A DNA stretch of 64,000 nt, taken from the NCBI GenBank assembly GCA_963827275.1, contig CAWHAA010000002.1, positions 224,001-288,000 of the forward strand. Reading direction: 5' to 3'. Every line of letters starts with the position of its first letter. Within the stretch, counting starts at the first letter, position 1. The translations under genes were made by a program, and so were the position numbers. The notes under the pieces are model-generated. The model was not told where the DNA came from. It was given only the letters and a program-made list of their open reading frames with translations, and made no database searches. This DNA comes from an uncultured Spirochaetota bacterium. GTDB taxonomy: Bacteria; Spirochaetota; UBA4802; UBA5550. Positions 22,201-31,499 of the stretch are shown here, in pieces.

Positions 22201-23254
22201 ACTGAACATCCTGCTGCCGGTCGGGATATCATTTTACACCTTCCAGTCGCTCTCCTACACCATCGACGTGTGGCGCGGCGCGATGAAGCCGACGGCCAGT
22301 CTCCTGAAATATGCGCACTACGTATCGCTTTTTACCCAGCTCCTGGCCGGGCCGATCGTGAAGGCGCGGGAGTTCCTGCCAGCCGTTAAAAACGGGGCGG
22401 GCCACTTCATGGTGACGCACGGGCATTTCTCGGCCGCACTGTTCCTCATCCTCGGGGGACTCGTCAAGAAGGCGGGCGCCGACTGGCTGGGGGGCTCCAT
22501 CGTCGACCGGGTGTACGCGAGCCCGGGCATGTTCACGCCGCTCGAGACCCTGGCGGCGGTGTACGCCTACGGGCTCCAGATATACGGCGATTTTTCCGGC
22601 TACAGCGACATCGCCATCGGGAGCGCCATGCTGCTGGGCTACAATCTCACGGAAAACTTCCGGCGTCCCTACGCCGCGGCCTCGGTGTCCGAGTTCTGGC
22701 AGCGGTGGCACATCTCGCTCGGGAACTGGCTGCGGGAGTACCTCTACATCAGCCTGGGCGGGAACCGGAAGCGGGTGCTCTTCAACCTCGGGATCACGAT
22801 GCTCCTGTGCGGGCTGTGGCACGGCGCTGCACTCCCGTTCGTGCTATGGGGGGCGTACCACGGGCTGGTCATGATCGTCGAGCGGATGTTCAACCTGAAC
22901 CGGACGACAAGAGGGAGGCCGCTCGTGCGCGGCATCAGGGTGTTCGCAACCCTGCACGTGGTCCTGTTCGGGTGGATCATCTTCAGGTCGGATTCATGGG
23001 AGACCTTTACCGCGGTCCTGCGCTCCCTGTCGCGTCTCGAGGCGGGGGCGCCGAATGTGGGCGCGCTCCTGGCCGGGGTGATGGCGCTCTTCTACGCCGT
23101 GCATTACACGCCGGTCGCGTGGAAGGAGCGGCTGAAGGCCGCGTGGGCGGGGCTCCCGGCGACCGTGCAGGGATGCGCCGCCGCGTGCATAACGATTCTC
23201 CTCTACAACGCCGCCACCGCGGACGTGAAGCCGTTTATTTACTTCCAGTTTTAA
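19250..23254 (+). CDS. Fusion of GldF-like ABC-2 permease, SGNH (PatB-like) domain and MBOAT O-acyltransferase (AlgI/PatA-like)
   Basis: N-terminal KEIEALFASP..SFERGIV; SGNH blocks YGDSL, FGVNE, DYTH; MBOAT LPVGISFYTFQSLSY, YGDFSGYSDIAIG, EFWQRWHISL, LCGLWHGA; C-terminal FIYFQF. True start uncertain. Confidence 0.88.
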   Translation: MAQLELTRSLPLAIMRLPWDQLFKKWMKEIEALFASPAGFIFLIAQCLLLGWSFGSSAGSCSTLSGLMAAGDLPAAYLSPLSDLTVPVFRSAYLYPALLLPVVVSGLLRGGSPGVSLNFIGQPSAIIRGLGAKFGAAVIYLAASLALSLPALQYWRMLGGSVYASETALLYAGYFLNGVLTISVSFLFASLIRSRAIASFASTTLLALPHLLYFIKECNGADYTPLGAMTLEAVSSFERGIVSPGAFLYFIVPAIVAFALTVSAQVRGRKMKMRVLAAALGFVAAVSISMMAPEARGFLASHVDISDRYSAPAASSVVTRAKQIITLSALPSVYDVPAGDGGGAAGCPLSITEKDLRDIRVVYWALIPLLIGLMAGARAVRQIRMPHGAKRVTVMTATWLALVLACALAQDFYIKNRPWKVFPSVREVLPRWAWERGEPPGAGSAPEAVPKNIAGTEMPRDPNFIYAGDGYQNLNRFFKRLADLQAGRRDTVRIVHYGDSLIWGDCFSRTMKRRFQAEFGDGGRGIVPPAATMATALQDHTNTTNPGGFDQHAVRHEFRYLGNFYPAPAENRYVGFTGEGAFLRSPLSEIHMESPAGSRKWRRVQLFLRQPADAAPGSSSYCVRLDHDAGTARQVLAPAGASPGAVTFLVPPTGTITARFEGSAGPLPSVDAVNLETESGVAYSTVVRMGIHMAWLNAVPEGHLAPLREIAPDLLIFQFGVNEAASLGGFPEFTAETLRAQVREWLAKVKRLFPDTDVLVVGPPERLRMLQGALVPMEETMTVRSIQREEAARAGMAFFDTYDLLGGPGQMLNMVTTGLAMDDYTHFTMRGGDTAAGGMYDSLMNAFRKTNGRPKLDLRAGERTAIMFNSASYAYFLAVTVIIVLLIGRRAGPRFVFLAGASYYFYTTWNVWPAACLAVTTVTDYSMALLIHRARKGGGRGSGYLAVSLAVNLGILFVLKYFDFFSDLAGRAAYAMGCQASVPILNILLPVGISFYTFQSLSYTIDVWRGAMKPTASLLKYAHYVSLFTQLLAGPIVKAREFLPAVKNGAGHFMVTHGHFSAALFLILGGLVKKAGADWLGGSIVDRVYASPGMFTPLETLAAVYAYGLQIYGDFSGYSDIAIGSAMLLGYNLTENFRRPYAAASVSEFWQRWHISLGNWLREYLYISLGGNRKRVLFNLGITMLLCGLWHGAALPFVLWGAYHGLVMIVERMFNLNRTTRGRPLVRGIRVFATLHVVLFGWIIFRSDSWETFTAVLRSLSRLEAGAPNVGALLAGVMALFYAVHYTPVAWKERLKAAWAGLPATVQGCAAACITILLYNAATADVKPFIYFQF

Positions 23255-24389
23255 CCGCTGCGCCGCCGGAGGGGCTCGGCTGGACCGTGCGGAGCCGCCG
23301 CGACGGCTGCGCCTCTTCGGTTTTCGCAAGCGACGGCGTCCCTGCCGGCACGATGTGGCCGTAGCCGTCCCTGATATCGATGACGGTCTTGAACCGCTTC
23401 GACAGGTTGCGGATCAGGGCCAGGAACCCGTTCGCATGCCGCCCGGAGAGGACGTAGGGCTGGAACTTGATCTGCCGGTTCCTGCCCGCGAGCGGCACCA
23501 CCCTGATGCGCTCGAGCCGGCTCCCTGAAAAGTAGAGGCCCACCGCGATGTTGTCGCGCTCGATGGGATTGATGTAGCCGTTTATGAAGTTGCCGAGGGA
23601 GTACACGATGGGCCGGTCGCGGTACATCTCGATCCCCTGCGGCCAGTGCGGATGGTGCCCGATGACCGCGTCAGCGCCGGCGTCAATGATCGCGTGGGCC
23701 TCCGCGACCTGCTCCTTCATCGGTATGTGCGTCTGCTCGATGCCCCAGTGGAGCGAAACCACCACAATGTTGTCCTCCAGCTTGTACGCCGCGATATCGT
23801 CGCTGATCATCCGGAGGTCGAGGGGGGATATCCCCGGGCCTTCGTCAGTCGCATAATATTCCGCGGGGGGACGGTTGCAGTAGGAGAGGATGATTATATT
23901 CGTGTCGCGGAATGTTAATATGGCCGGCCGCCGCGCCCGGGCGAGGTCCCATCCGCCCCCCGTGCGGCGGATGTTCAGGCGGTCGAGCGCCGCGAGGGTG
24001 TCTTCCATCCCCTCGACGCCGTAATCCATGAGGTGGTTGTTCGACAAGGATACCGCGTCTATCTTCAGGTCTTTCAGGCACGCGGCATCGCCCGGCTTGA
24101 TGCGGAATATGAACGGCTTGTCTTCCACGGGCGTGCCGCGGTCGGTTATGGGCGATTCGAGGTTCGCGACAATGAAGTCGTACTTGAGGAGCTCTTCCTT
24201 GATTTTCCAGAAGGGGTACTCCACGCCCCTGTCGTGGATGTGGCGCTCCGCCTCGTTGGCAAGGAGGATGTCACCCACGAACAGGATGGAGAAATTCTGC
24301 GATGCCTTGCCGGCCGCATGACGGGTACCGGCCGCGAGAGCGGCCACGGCGACGATACAGATGACGGCATACAGTGTTCCGCGTTTCAT
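23235..24389 (-). CDS. CapA (PGA_cap) family metallophosphatase-fold protein
   Basis: VGDIL, ANLESP, LSNNHLMDYG, SLHWG, IGHHPH, YSLGNF; N-terminal anchor. Confidence 0.93.
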   Translation of the reverse strand: MKRGTLYAVICIVAVAALAAGTRHAAGKASQNFSILFVGDILLANEAERHIHDRGVEYPFWKIKEELLKYDFIVANLESPITDRGTPVEDKPFIFRIKPGDAACLKDLKIDAVSLSNNHLMDYGVEGMEDTLAALDRLNIRRTGGGWDLARARRPAILTFRDTNIIILSYCNRPPAEYYATDEGPGISPLDLRMISDDIAAYKLEDNIVVVSLHWGIEQTHIPMKEQVAEAHAIIDAGADAVIGHHPHWPQGIEMYRDRPIVYSLGNFINGYINPIERDNIAVGLYFSGSRLERIRVVPLAGRNRQIKFQPYVLSGRHANGFLALIRNLSKRFKTVIDIRDGYGHIVPAGTPSLAKTEEAQPSRRLRTVQPSPSGGAAVKTGSK

Positions 24390-24514
24390 GGTGATATAAT
24401 TACATTGGCGGAGATTCGTGTTGTCAATAAATAATTCACGTATGGTGGCAGGAGCTCCCCACGGCGGGCGATCGGAACGGCCCCTTCCATCAAATGATTA
24501 AATAGCGACATAAT

Positions 24515-24547
24515 AAAAAAAAACGCCGGCTGGATGCCGGCGTTTTT
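24515..24547 (-). terminator. Terminator of the loa22-like gene
   Basis: AAAAACGCCGGC-TGGAT-GCCGGCGTTTTT stem with A9 run (U tract on the minus strand). Confidence 0.8.
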
Positions 24548-24568
24548 GCCCCGCGAGTATGGCCGTAA

Positions 24569-25069
24569 TTACTTTTGCACGATGCCGAAGGTGACCCGGC
24601 GCTGCTCGGCCGCATTCGCGTCCGCGCTGCCCAGGGTCTCCGACGAGCCAACGCCCTTGTAGACCATCTTCGGGGAGGAGATGCCGGCCTTGCCGAGCGA
24701 ATCGTACACTGCTTTCGCGCGGTCGGTGGAAATCTTCATGTTGCCCGGCTTGTTTCCCTCGGCGGTCTCGGGGCCGCGCGCGTCAGCGTGGCCGCGGACT
24801 TCAAGCACGTACCCTTCGGGGAGATTGTTGATGATCTCCTTGATGACGGGCGCCGCGACCTTTGCCCACTTGTCCCACTCCTGCGCCGGGACCTTCGAGC
24901 TCTTGTACGCGAACCCGGTCACGGGATATTTCGCGAGCTGGGCGTTCGATGCGGAGATGGCGCCCATGTCGACCCCGGCTTTCTCGGTCTCTTTCACCTG
25001 CTCTTTCGCGCACGATGTGATAAGAAACATTCCTATGATAACTGTGATAACTATTGTTAGTTTTTTCAT
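24569..25069 (-). CDS. loa22: OmpA-family lipoprotein, Loa22-like
   Basis: Lipobox LITSC; GFAYKS..W.K..APVIKE, LEVRGHADARGPE.AEG.KPGN, RRVTF match Leptospira Loa22 as I recall it. Confidence 0.82.
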   Translation of the reverse strand: MKKLTIVITVIIGMFLITSCAKEQVKETEKAGVDMGAISASNAQLAKYPVTGFAYKSSKVPAQEWDKWAKVAAPVIKEIINNLPEGYVLEVRGHADARGPETAEGNKPGNMKISTDRAKAVYDSLGKAGISSPKMVYKGVGSSETLGSADANAAEQRRVTFGIVQK

Positions 25070-25209
25070 ACTTACACTCCTTTTGTATGATAATAAAGAA
25101 AGTTACCGGCATTAACGGTATTTGTCAAATAAAATTTATATGGAATAGAGGGCGCTTTGTGATAATACGATACTACTACACCCCGGGCGGAGCGGCGCAA
25201 ATTAAATAT

Positions 25210-25237
25210 TTGACATGGAACGGGCGCGGTTTACTAT
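25210..25237 (+). promoter_or_regulatory. Putative sigma70 promoter of the fumarate hydratase operon
   Basis: TTGACA-N16-TACTAT, 17 nt upstream of the ATG. Confidence 0.55.
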
Positions 25238-25254
25238 CACCACGAGAGCGAGCA

Positions 25255-26100
25255 ATGAATACCAGGGTAATCCCCGCACACCAGATAACGAACGCGATAG
25301 TGGACCTCATCTACAAGGCGAGCTTCAGCCTGCCCTACGCGGTGCAGAAGCGCATCGGAGAGATGGCGGACAACGAGGATTCCGATCTCGCGAAGACCGC
25401 GCTGCGCGTGCTGGTCGAGAACTGCGCCATCTCCGCGGAGGAGGGCCTCCCGCTCTGCCAGGACTGCGGCATCGTCATCGTGTTCCTGGAGATCGGCCAG
25501 CAGGTCCTGATCGACGGCGGCGTCGCCGACGCGGTGGACCGCGGCGTGGAGGAGGCGTACCGGCGCTTTTATCTCCGGAAGTCGGTGGTGGCCGACCCGC
25601 TGAAGCGCACCAACACCGGCACCAACGCACCTGCGGTCATACATACCGACCTCACCGCCGGCGACCGCGTCTCGCTCACCGTATACCTGAAGGGGGGCGG
25701 CTCGGAGAACATGTCGTCGCTGCGGATGTTCCGGCCCACCGACCCGGAGAAAGCCATCATCAATTATATAGAAGATACTGTCGTGAAAGCGGGCCCCAAC
25801 CCGTGTCCGCCGCTCTTCCTGGGCGTGGGGATCGGGGGCACCGCGGACACCGCCATGCTGAACGCGAAGAAGGCGGTGCTGCGCGGGCCGGGGACGCGGC
25901 ACCCGGACCCGGCATACGCCGACCTGGAGGCCCGCATCGAGGAGCGCCTGAACAGGACCGGCATCGGGCCCCTGGGGTTCGGCGGGAGGAACACGGTCGG
26001 CGGCGTGTTCATACGCGAGGCGCCCACCCATATCGCCATGCTGCCGGTGGCCCTTAACCTGAACTGCCACTCGCTCCGTTACGGGACGGTAGAGCTATGA
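25255..26100 (+). CDS. Class I Fe-S fumarate hydratase / tartrate dehydratase, alpha subunit
   Basis: PLCQDCG, LRKSVV, KGGGSEN, AGPNPCPP, GIGPLGFGG, CHSLR. Confidence 0.95.
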   Translation: MNTRVIPAHQITNAIVDLIYKASFSLPYAVQKRIGEMADNEDSDLAKTALRVLVENCAISAEEGLPLCQDCGIVIVFLEIGQQVLIDGGVADAVDRGVEEAYRRFYLRKSVVADPLKRTNTGTNAPAVIHTDLTAGDRVSLTVYLKGGGSENMSSLRMFRPTDPEKAIINYIEDTVVKAGPNPCPPLFLGVGIGGTADTAMLNAKKAVLRGPGTRHPDPAYADLEARIEERLNRTGIGPLGFGGRNTVGGVFIREAPTHIAMLPVALNLNCHSLRYGTVEL

Positions 26101-26651
26101 CGGGCGAATGGCGGAGCATCACGACCCCCCTCACGGAAGGGGTCATCGAGTCGCTGAAGAGCGGCGACCGCCTGCTCCTGACCGGGACCGTGTTCGCCGC
26201 GCGCGACAAAGCGCACGAGCGGCTCTGCTCCATGGCGGCGCGCGGCGAAACGCTCCCGATCGACCCGGCGGGGCAGCTCATCTACTACATGGGGCCGAGC
26301 CCGGCGCCGCCGGGCAAAATCATCGGCGCGGCCGGTCCCACCACCTCGTCGCGGATGGACGCCTTCACCGAAGAGATCTTAAAAATGGGCGTGAAGGGCA
26401 TGATCGGCAAGGGAAAGCGCGACCACACGACCCGCGAGCTCCTGGCCTGGCACCGGGCCGTGTACTTCGCCACCTTCGGCGGCGCCGGCTCGTACCTGGC
26501 GAAGCGGATCACGGCGGCGACCTGCGTCGCGTTCGAAGACCTCGGCGCGGAGGCGGTGTACCTGCTCCGTGTCGAGCGGTTCCCCCTCATCGTCATCAAC
26601 GACATATACGGCGGCGACCTGTATGAAGATGCGCTTCAACAGCGGGGCTGA
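26097..26651 (+). CDS. Class I Fe-S fumarate hydratase / tartrate dehydratase, beta subunit
   Basis: ARDKAH, YYMGP, AGPTTSSRMD, MIGKG, EDLGAEA. Confidence 0.95.
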   Translation: MTGEWRSITTPLTEGVIESLKSGDRLLLTGTVFAARDKAHERLCSMAARGETLPIDPAGQLIYYMGPSPAPPGKIIGAAGPTTSSRMDAFTEEILKMGVKGMIGKGKRDHTTRELLAWHRAVYFATFGGAGSYLAKRITAATCVAFEDLGAEAVYLLRVERFPLIVINDIYGGDLYEDALQQRG

Positions 26652-27219
26652 GTTCGAAGAATTCAAGGAGGAGCTGCGCCGCAGGCTCGCGTCGCGGCCG
26701 AACCGCGAGCTCGAGGAGACCGGGCTCAAGCACTCGGCCGTGATGGTGCTCCTCATGAACAGGGACGGCGCCGCGCACGTGCTCCTCACCCGCCGCACGA
26801 ACACCGTGTCCACGCACAAGGGGCAGGTGGCCTTCCCCGGCGGCGGCATGGACGACCACGACGACGACTACCGCGCCATCGCCTACCGCGAGACCTTCGA
26901 GGAGGTGGGCATCCCCCGCGACAGGATAGAGTACCTCGGCAGGTTCGACGACTACGTGTCGATCTCCGGGTACCACGTCACCTGCTTCATCGGCGCGATC
27001 GAATACCCCTACGAGTACCGGCTCAACCGGGACGAGATCGAGAGCCACTTCGAGGCGCCGCTCGCAATGTTCGTGGAGCAGAAGTTCGACCGCACCGAGA
27101 TCTACAACTTCGGGGGAAAGGACTACCGCATCTTCTTCTACTACCACGATGGCTACGAGATATGGGGCCTCACCGCGCGGATACTGACCGACTTCGGGGA
27201 GAAGATCTGCAGGGACTGA
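26629..27219 (+). CDS. Nudix CoA pyrophosphatase (NudL family)
   Basis: LLTRR..HKGQVAFPGG (UPF0035 motif), Nudix RETFEEVG, IWGLTA. Confidence 0.92.
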   Translation: MRFNSGAEFEEFKEELRRRLASRPNRELEETGLKHSAVMVLLMNRDGAAHVLLTRRTNTVSTHKGQVAFPGGGMDDHDDDYRAIAYRETFEEVGIPRDRIEYLGRFDDYVSISGYHVTCFIGAIEYPYEYRLNRDEIESHFEAPLAMFVEQKFDRTEIYNFGGKDYRIFFYYHDGYEIWGLTARILTDFGEKICRD

Positions 27220-27225
27220 CGGGGC

Positions 27226-28065
27226 CTATCCTCCGCACCGCCTGATGATCTCCTTCGCCGCCTTCAGCGACCCGTCAATCGCCAGCGCCTCATGCGCGCG
27301 CCTGCAGGCGTTCGCCGCGTCCTTTTCCCTTTCGTACGACAGTGCCATCGCCAGCGGCAGTTCCGGGTCGTCCCCGAAAAAGGGAAGGTATTTCCCGCAT
27401 GTCTCTATGCACGCGGCCGCCTGGCCGGTGTCAAGGTACATGGCGATGAGCCCTTTGGCCAGTCCCCGCTCCCCGGGCGTAAGCGCTTCATCGTCTTTTG
27501 CATTGTCGATGCGGATGTCGAGTTTTTTTTCGGAAAACACCGCGACAAGGGAGATGCCGTGTCTCCAGAGGCAGCTGCATCCCATGTCGTTGAAGTCCCG
27601 GACGTCCCAGCCGGAGAGGTGCGTTTCGTACGGATTGTTGAACTCGGCCCCCTGCCTGAAGTACAGGTAGGGCGTTGATATCACCGTGCAGCCGGAGCGC
27701 CCCCTGCATAATTCGATGAACGCGCGTCCCTCGTCTTTCCTGAAATGCTCAAGGATGTCGAGGGCCAGTATCATGTCGTAGCAGAGGTTGTTTTCACGGA
27801 GGACTTCAAGGGCGTTGCCGATGAAAATACGGTCGTAAATATAGTCATGCACCGGCGTCAGGTATTTTTCAAATATCTCGATGCCGTCGATCTGCATGGA
27901 CCACCCGGCATACCCCTTCTTTTTGTCCGGCCGGAGGTCGAAATACTCGCGGATCAGAAAGCCGGTTTTTCCGAAGCCGACGCCGATATCGAGCACCGAC
28001 GCCGGTTTTACAAGGCCGACCAGGCCCAAGATGCTTTCCATGGCGCTGAACGCGCTGCTCGGCAT
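27226..28065 (-). CDS. Class I SAM-dependent methyltransferase with C-terminal TPR-like helices
   Basis: VLDIGVGFG, IDGIE, LDILEHF, ISTP. Confidence 0.85.
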   Translation of the reverse strand: MPSSAFSAMESILGLVGLVKPASVLDIGVGFGKTGFLIREYFDLRPDKKKGYAGWSMQIDGIEIFEKYLTPVHDYIYDRIFIGNALEVLRENNLCYDMILALDILEHFRKDEGRAFIELCRGRSGCTVISTPYLYFRQGAEFNNPYETHLSGWDVRDFNDMGCSCLWRHGISLVAVFSEKKLDIRIDNAKDDEALTPGERGLAKGLIAMYLDTGQAAACIETCGKYLPFFGDDPELPLAMALSYEREKDAANACRRAHEALAIDGSLKAAKEIIRRCGG

Positions 28066-28138
28066 GGCTGAATCTCTCCAAAGGTTTTTGAAACAACGCC
28101 GCCCCGGGGATGCGCTTTCCATGGGCGCGCGGCACCTG

Positions 28139-29008
28139 TTACAGGCCGACAATCATGTCCACCAGCTGGTTCGCGCCGTTTTCGTCGAATTGAAACGATT
28201 CGCTCGCCCGTACCCGGAGCCGCTGGTCGCTGAACCTCACCTCGTGTATCTCGAAGATCGCTTTTTTCCGGAAATAATTCGCCTCCCACACCTGGTTGTA
28301 CCCCGCGCCGCATATCACCAGGTCAACCGCGTTGAAGCAGTCCACGACCGGGAATATGAGGTCCCGACCCAGCGAAAGCCTGACCACCTCGTACTCCCGG
28401 TCCAGGTACGCGTACTGCTCAAGGTGCCGGTCGTAGTCGCCGGGGCCGCCGCTGAAGCTGTAGAGCGCGACCTTCCTTGACCCGTCGAGCCGGAGCCGCC
28501 GCAGCGCGGCCGCCCGGTCCAGGATCTCGTCGCGGTCCCTGACCACGAGCGGGTTGATCCGCTCCATGGCGATGCCGCTCGTGAACGGCTCGATCGCGAG
28601 CACGCGGTCGTACTGGCCGGTGTCAAACACCATGTCCCCGCCGGGCAGGGGCACCCTGAAATGGCTGTCGTACGCCTGGTCGGAAAGGTATATCTTTTTG
28701 CAGGGCAGCTCCCGGATGAAATGGTACGGCGCGAACCAGGTATGGTTCACGAGGAGGACGTCGGGCTTCAGCTTCTTCAGGGTCTTGTATAAAACAGAGG
28801 CGCGGCAGTTTTTTTCAGAAAGCTCGGTTTCGGTTTCGAGGGGGACCTTTATGTTGTGGAAGTCGTCCGCCAGGCGCGCCGCCGGGGAGGTGTGCACCAT
28901 GGCGTACCTGCACGTCACCCCCTTCCGCGCCAGGGCATTGCCGATGGCAATGCCGGTGACGAGCCGGCCGGCGCCGGTGATGCCCGAGGTGTAATAGACG
29001 ACGCGCAC
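28139..29008 (-). CDS. GT-B fold glycosyltransferase-like protein
   Basis: N-terminal GAGRL (GxGH-like), KPDVLLV, C-terminal DLVICGAGYNQVWE. Confidence 0.6.
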   Translation of the reverse strand: MRVVYYTSGITGAGRLVTGIAIGNALARKGVTCRYAMVHTSPAARLADDFHNIKVPLETETELSEKNCRASVLYKTLKKLKPDVLLVNHTWFAPYHFIRELPCKKIYLSDQAYDSHFRVPLPGGDMVFDTGQYDRVLAIEPFTSGIAMERINPLVVRDRDEILDRAAALRRLRLDGSRKVALYSFSGGPGDYDRHLEQYAYLDREYEVVRLSLGRDLIFPVVDCFNAVDLVICGAGYNQVWEANYFRKKAIFEIHEVRFSDQRLRVRASESFQFDENGANQLVDMIVGL

Positions 29009-29012
29009 GGAT

Positions 29013-30325
29013 CAGCAGGTGGAGTAGAGCCGGAAAAAATTGTCCGTATTGACGTACGCATTCCAGCCGGAACCGGTGATGTCGTCAAACGATATGATGC
29101 GGTCAGTTAAATCGTTCGGTCCCCACTTCGTCGATGAAATAGAGCTTCCTGTTCGTCACCGCTATGAATTCGCGCGGGCCGAGAAAGGGATCGGCAGCGC
29201 CCGGCCTGCCTGAGAGATACACGGCCGGCGTTATGTTCGTCTGCAGGTCAAGCGGAAGCCGGACAATATAGGGGACGCTACTGAGCCCGAGAGGTGGAGC
29301 GCCAGCACCGTTCCAATTGGTATAGGACGCGTACAGGTACCCGTTTTTTACAGTCAGGTCAAACGTGGTATAATAACTGGAAGGATATGAAACAATTACT
29401 CCCGGGACTTCAGTATTGGGATTTATACAATACTATCATATTCGAAGTGCCAGTACCTGTGACAAATCTCCAATTGCAATAAATATACCCGCTTGTTTCA
29501 TCGACACAGATGGTGTTAAAGGTGCCGCTCCCAATGATCTGTAATATCAAACAGGGCTTCAGGTGCCCCGCCGGTGAGGTTCAGTCTATACACCGTGTAG
29601 GGGGTAGAAGTCATTAAATAATAGAGCATGTTTCTGGTTCTGTCAATGGCTATGGATTGTACGCTGATTGAGCTGACCAGCGGTACGCAGGTCCCTGACG
29701 CCAGGGTGCTGTTCATGTCGTCCATCCGGTACACGCCGCCGGCGGCGTCGGCATATCTATTCGCGAAATAGATCCTGCCCTGGGAGTCAAAATCGACATC
29801 ATACGGATATAACGCAGCCAGGCCGATGTTCGCCGCGTTACGGCTTATTCTGTTCCCGCCGTTTATGGAATCAATCATGACTAATTTCCCTGCATAACTG
29901 CCGCCGCCGTAATCCGGTATCACCAGCCTCATCTCGTCAAGCTTCATCTCCACCTGCAAGCTTGCGGTGGCGCCCGGGGACACGTTCATCAGGGAAATCC
30001 CCCGGAACGAGCCGGCGGGACTCGGGGAGCCCGGCCTCACGAACGCGGTGACTTCGAAGCGGTTGATCCCCGGCCTCACGTGCAGGGTGATGACGCCGGT
30101 GGGCGGAACGTCCTTTTCGATTACGCTGAAGTCCGGCCCGGTGACTCTGATCCTGATGCTGCCGATGGGCGCCGGCGCCTCGGCCTCGACCATGGCGAGG
30201 TCAAGGAGGACCTTTGTCTGGTCGAGCAGGGGGATGTTATGGCTTTCCATATCGTCGCAGGAGAACAACGCTAACGACAGAAGTGCTGCCGCCGCGGCGA
30301 TACGGCTGATCGGATTATGCTTCAT
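29013..30325 (-). pseudogene. Lipoprotein with beta-propeller-like repeats, interrupted by three frameshifts (pseudogene or consensus errors)
   Basis: Lipobox LFSC; PYDVDFDSQGRIYFA and IAIDRTRNMLYY repeats. Reading continues by +1 shifts near 29541, 29423 and 29122 to ...IISFDDITGSGW..RLYSTC*, ending just before the next gene. Confidence 0.7.
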
Positions 30326-30635
30326 GACGGTCTCCGGTTGTCTTCATGGATGTGGGTCGTATTTAAAATATAGACAGGGGATGGAATTTTCAACTCTTTT
30401 TTGGCAAAAAAACCGGGCGATCCGCGGACAGGACAAGAACAGCGATGCGGCCCGCCGCTGCCTCATCAGCCACAGGCCGGCGCGATTTTTTTTGTTTCTT
30501 CCCCCGTTTATTGTATGTTATTAGAGACAGCGCCGAGAGGCGAAAATTAAAAAGGATTGCGTGAAAAAGATTTGCATTTAATCATGCAGAGGGGTAGTTT
30601 TGCTAACAACGTACACCGTCTGCGGGGAGAAAGTG

Positions 30636-31370
30636 ATGAAGAAACAGTATGTCGTGATACCGTCCATGTTCGCCATGCTTCTTTTCGCCGTGTCCGGCTT
30701 TGCCGAGATCAGGGTCGTGTCCGTGAAGGGGACCGCCGCGTACAAGGCGGGAGGGCAGTGGGTGCCGCTCCAGGCCGGGACCGCGCTCGCGGTGGGGAAC
30801 AAGGTGAGCACGGGCGTCAAGTCGAACGCGGTGATTAAAATACACAACCACACGGTCACGGTGCAGCAGCTTACCATCATGAAGATAAGCGAAAGCCTCG
30901 AGGACGGGAGAAGCTCCTCGACGAGGCTGTCGCTGCGGCGCGGCGCGGTGCGGGCGAAGGTCGCGAAGAACGCGCGGATCAGGACCGTGTTCAAGGTGTC
31001 CACGCCGGTGGCGACGTCGAGCGTGCGCGGGACCGAGGAGCTGGTCGAGTACTCCCCCACCTTCGGCATGAATGTGTCCGTGATGGAGGGCTCGGTGACC
31101 GGCCAGGGCATAAACGGGACGGAGAATGTCATCTCGGGCAAGCTGAATTTCACGCAGCACCCGCAGAAGGGGGAATCCGATCACCCGATGCGCCGCATCC
31201 AGGACACCGCCCAGACGAAGACCATACCGCGGCAGGTCACCCCGGATGAGCAAAAGGGCGTTGATCTCCACGGCGATGACTTCGAGCTCTGCAGGCCGAA
31301 GACGAAGGCCCTGGTAACCAGGGACACCGTGGTCCCGGTGAAGGTGTACCTGGCATGGCCGAAATATTAA
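30636..31370 (+). CDS. Exported FecR-domain protein
   Basis: Signal peptide; VVSVKG, VSTGVKS, FKVSTPVATSSVRGT, VSVMEGSV. Confidence 0.88.
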   Translation: MKKQYVVIPSMFAMLLFAVSGFAEIRVVSVKGTAAYKAGGQWVPLQAGTALAVGNKVSTGVKSNAVIKIHNHTVTVQQLTIMKISESLEDGRSSSTRLSLRRGAVRAKVAKNARIRTVFKVSTPVATSSVRGTEELVEYSPTFGMNVSVMEGSVTGQGINGTENVISGKLNFTQHPQKGESDHPMRRIQDTAQTKTIPRQVTPDEQKGVDLHGDDFELCRPKTKALVTRDTVVPVKVYLAWPKY

Positions 31371-31499
31371 TTAATAGCGAAGGCAGCTGCTGACCCGCGC
31401 CGGCCGGCGCGGATCCGTAACGATATCTGGCGTGTCCCCGCCTCCTCCCGCGGCGCGGACCGGCATCATACAAAAAACATCCGCATGGAGGGGGGCATC

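Noticed and set aside
23235..24389. Poly-gamma-glutamate capsule locus
   Set aside because: Only a CapA-family gene; capB and capC are absent.
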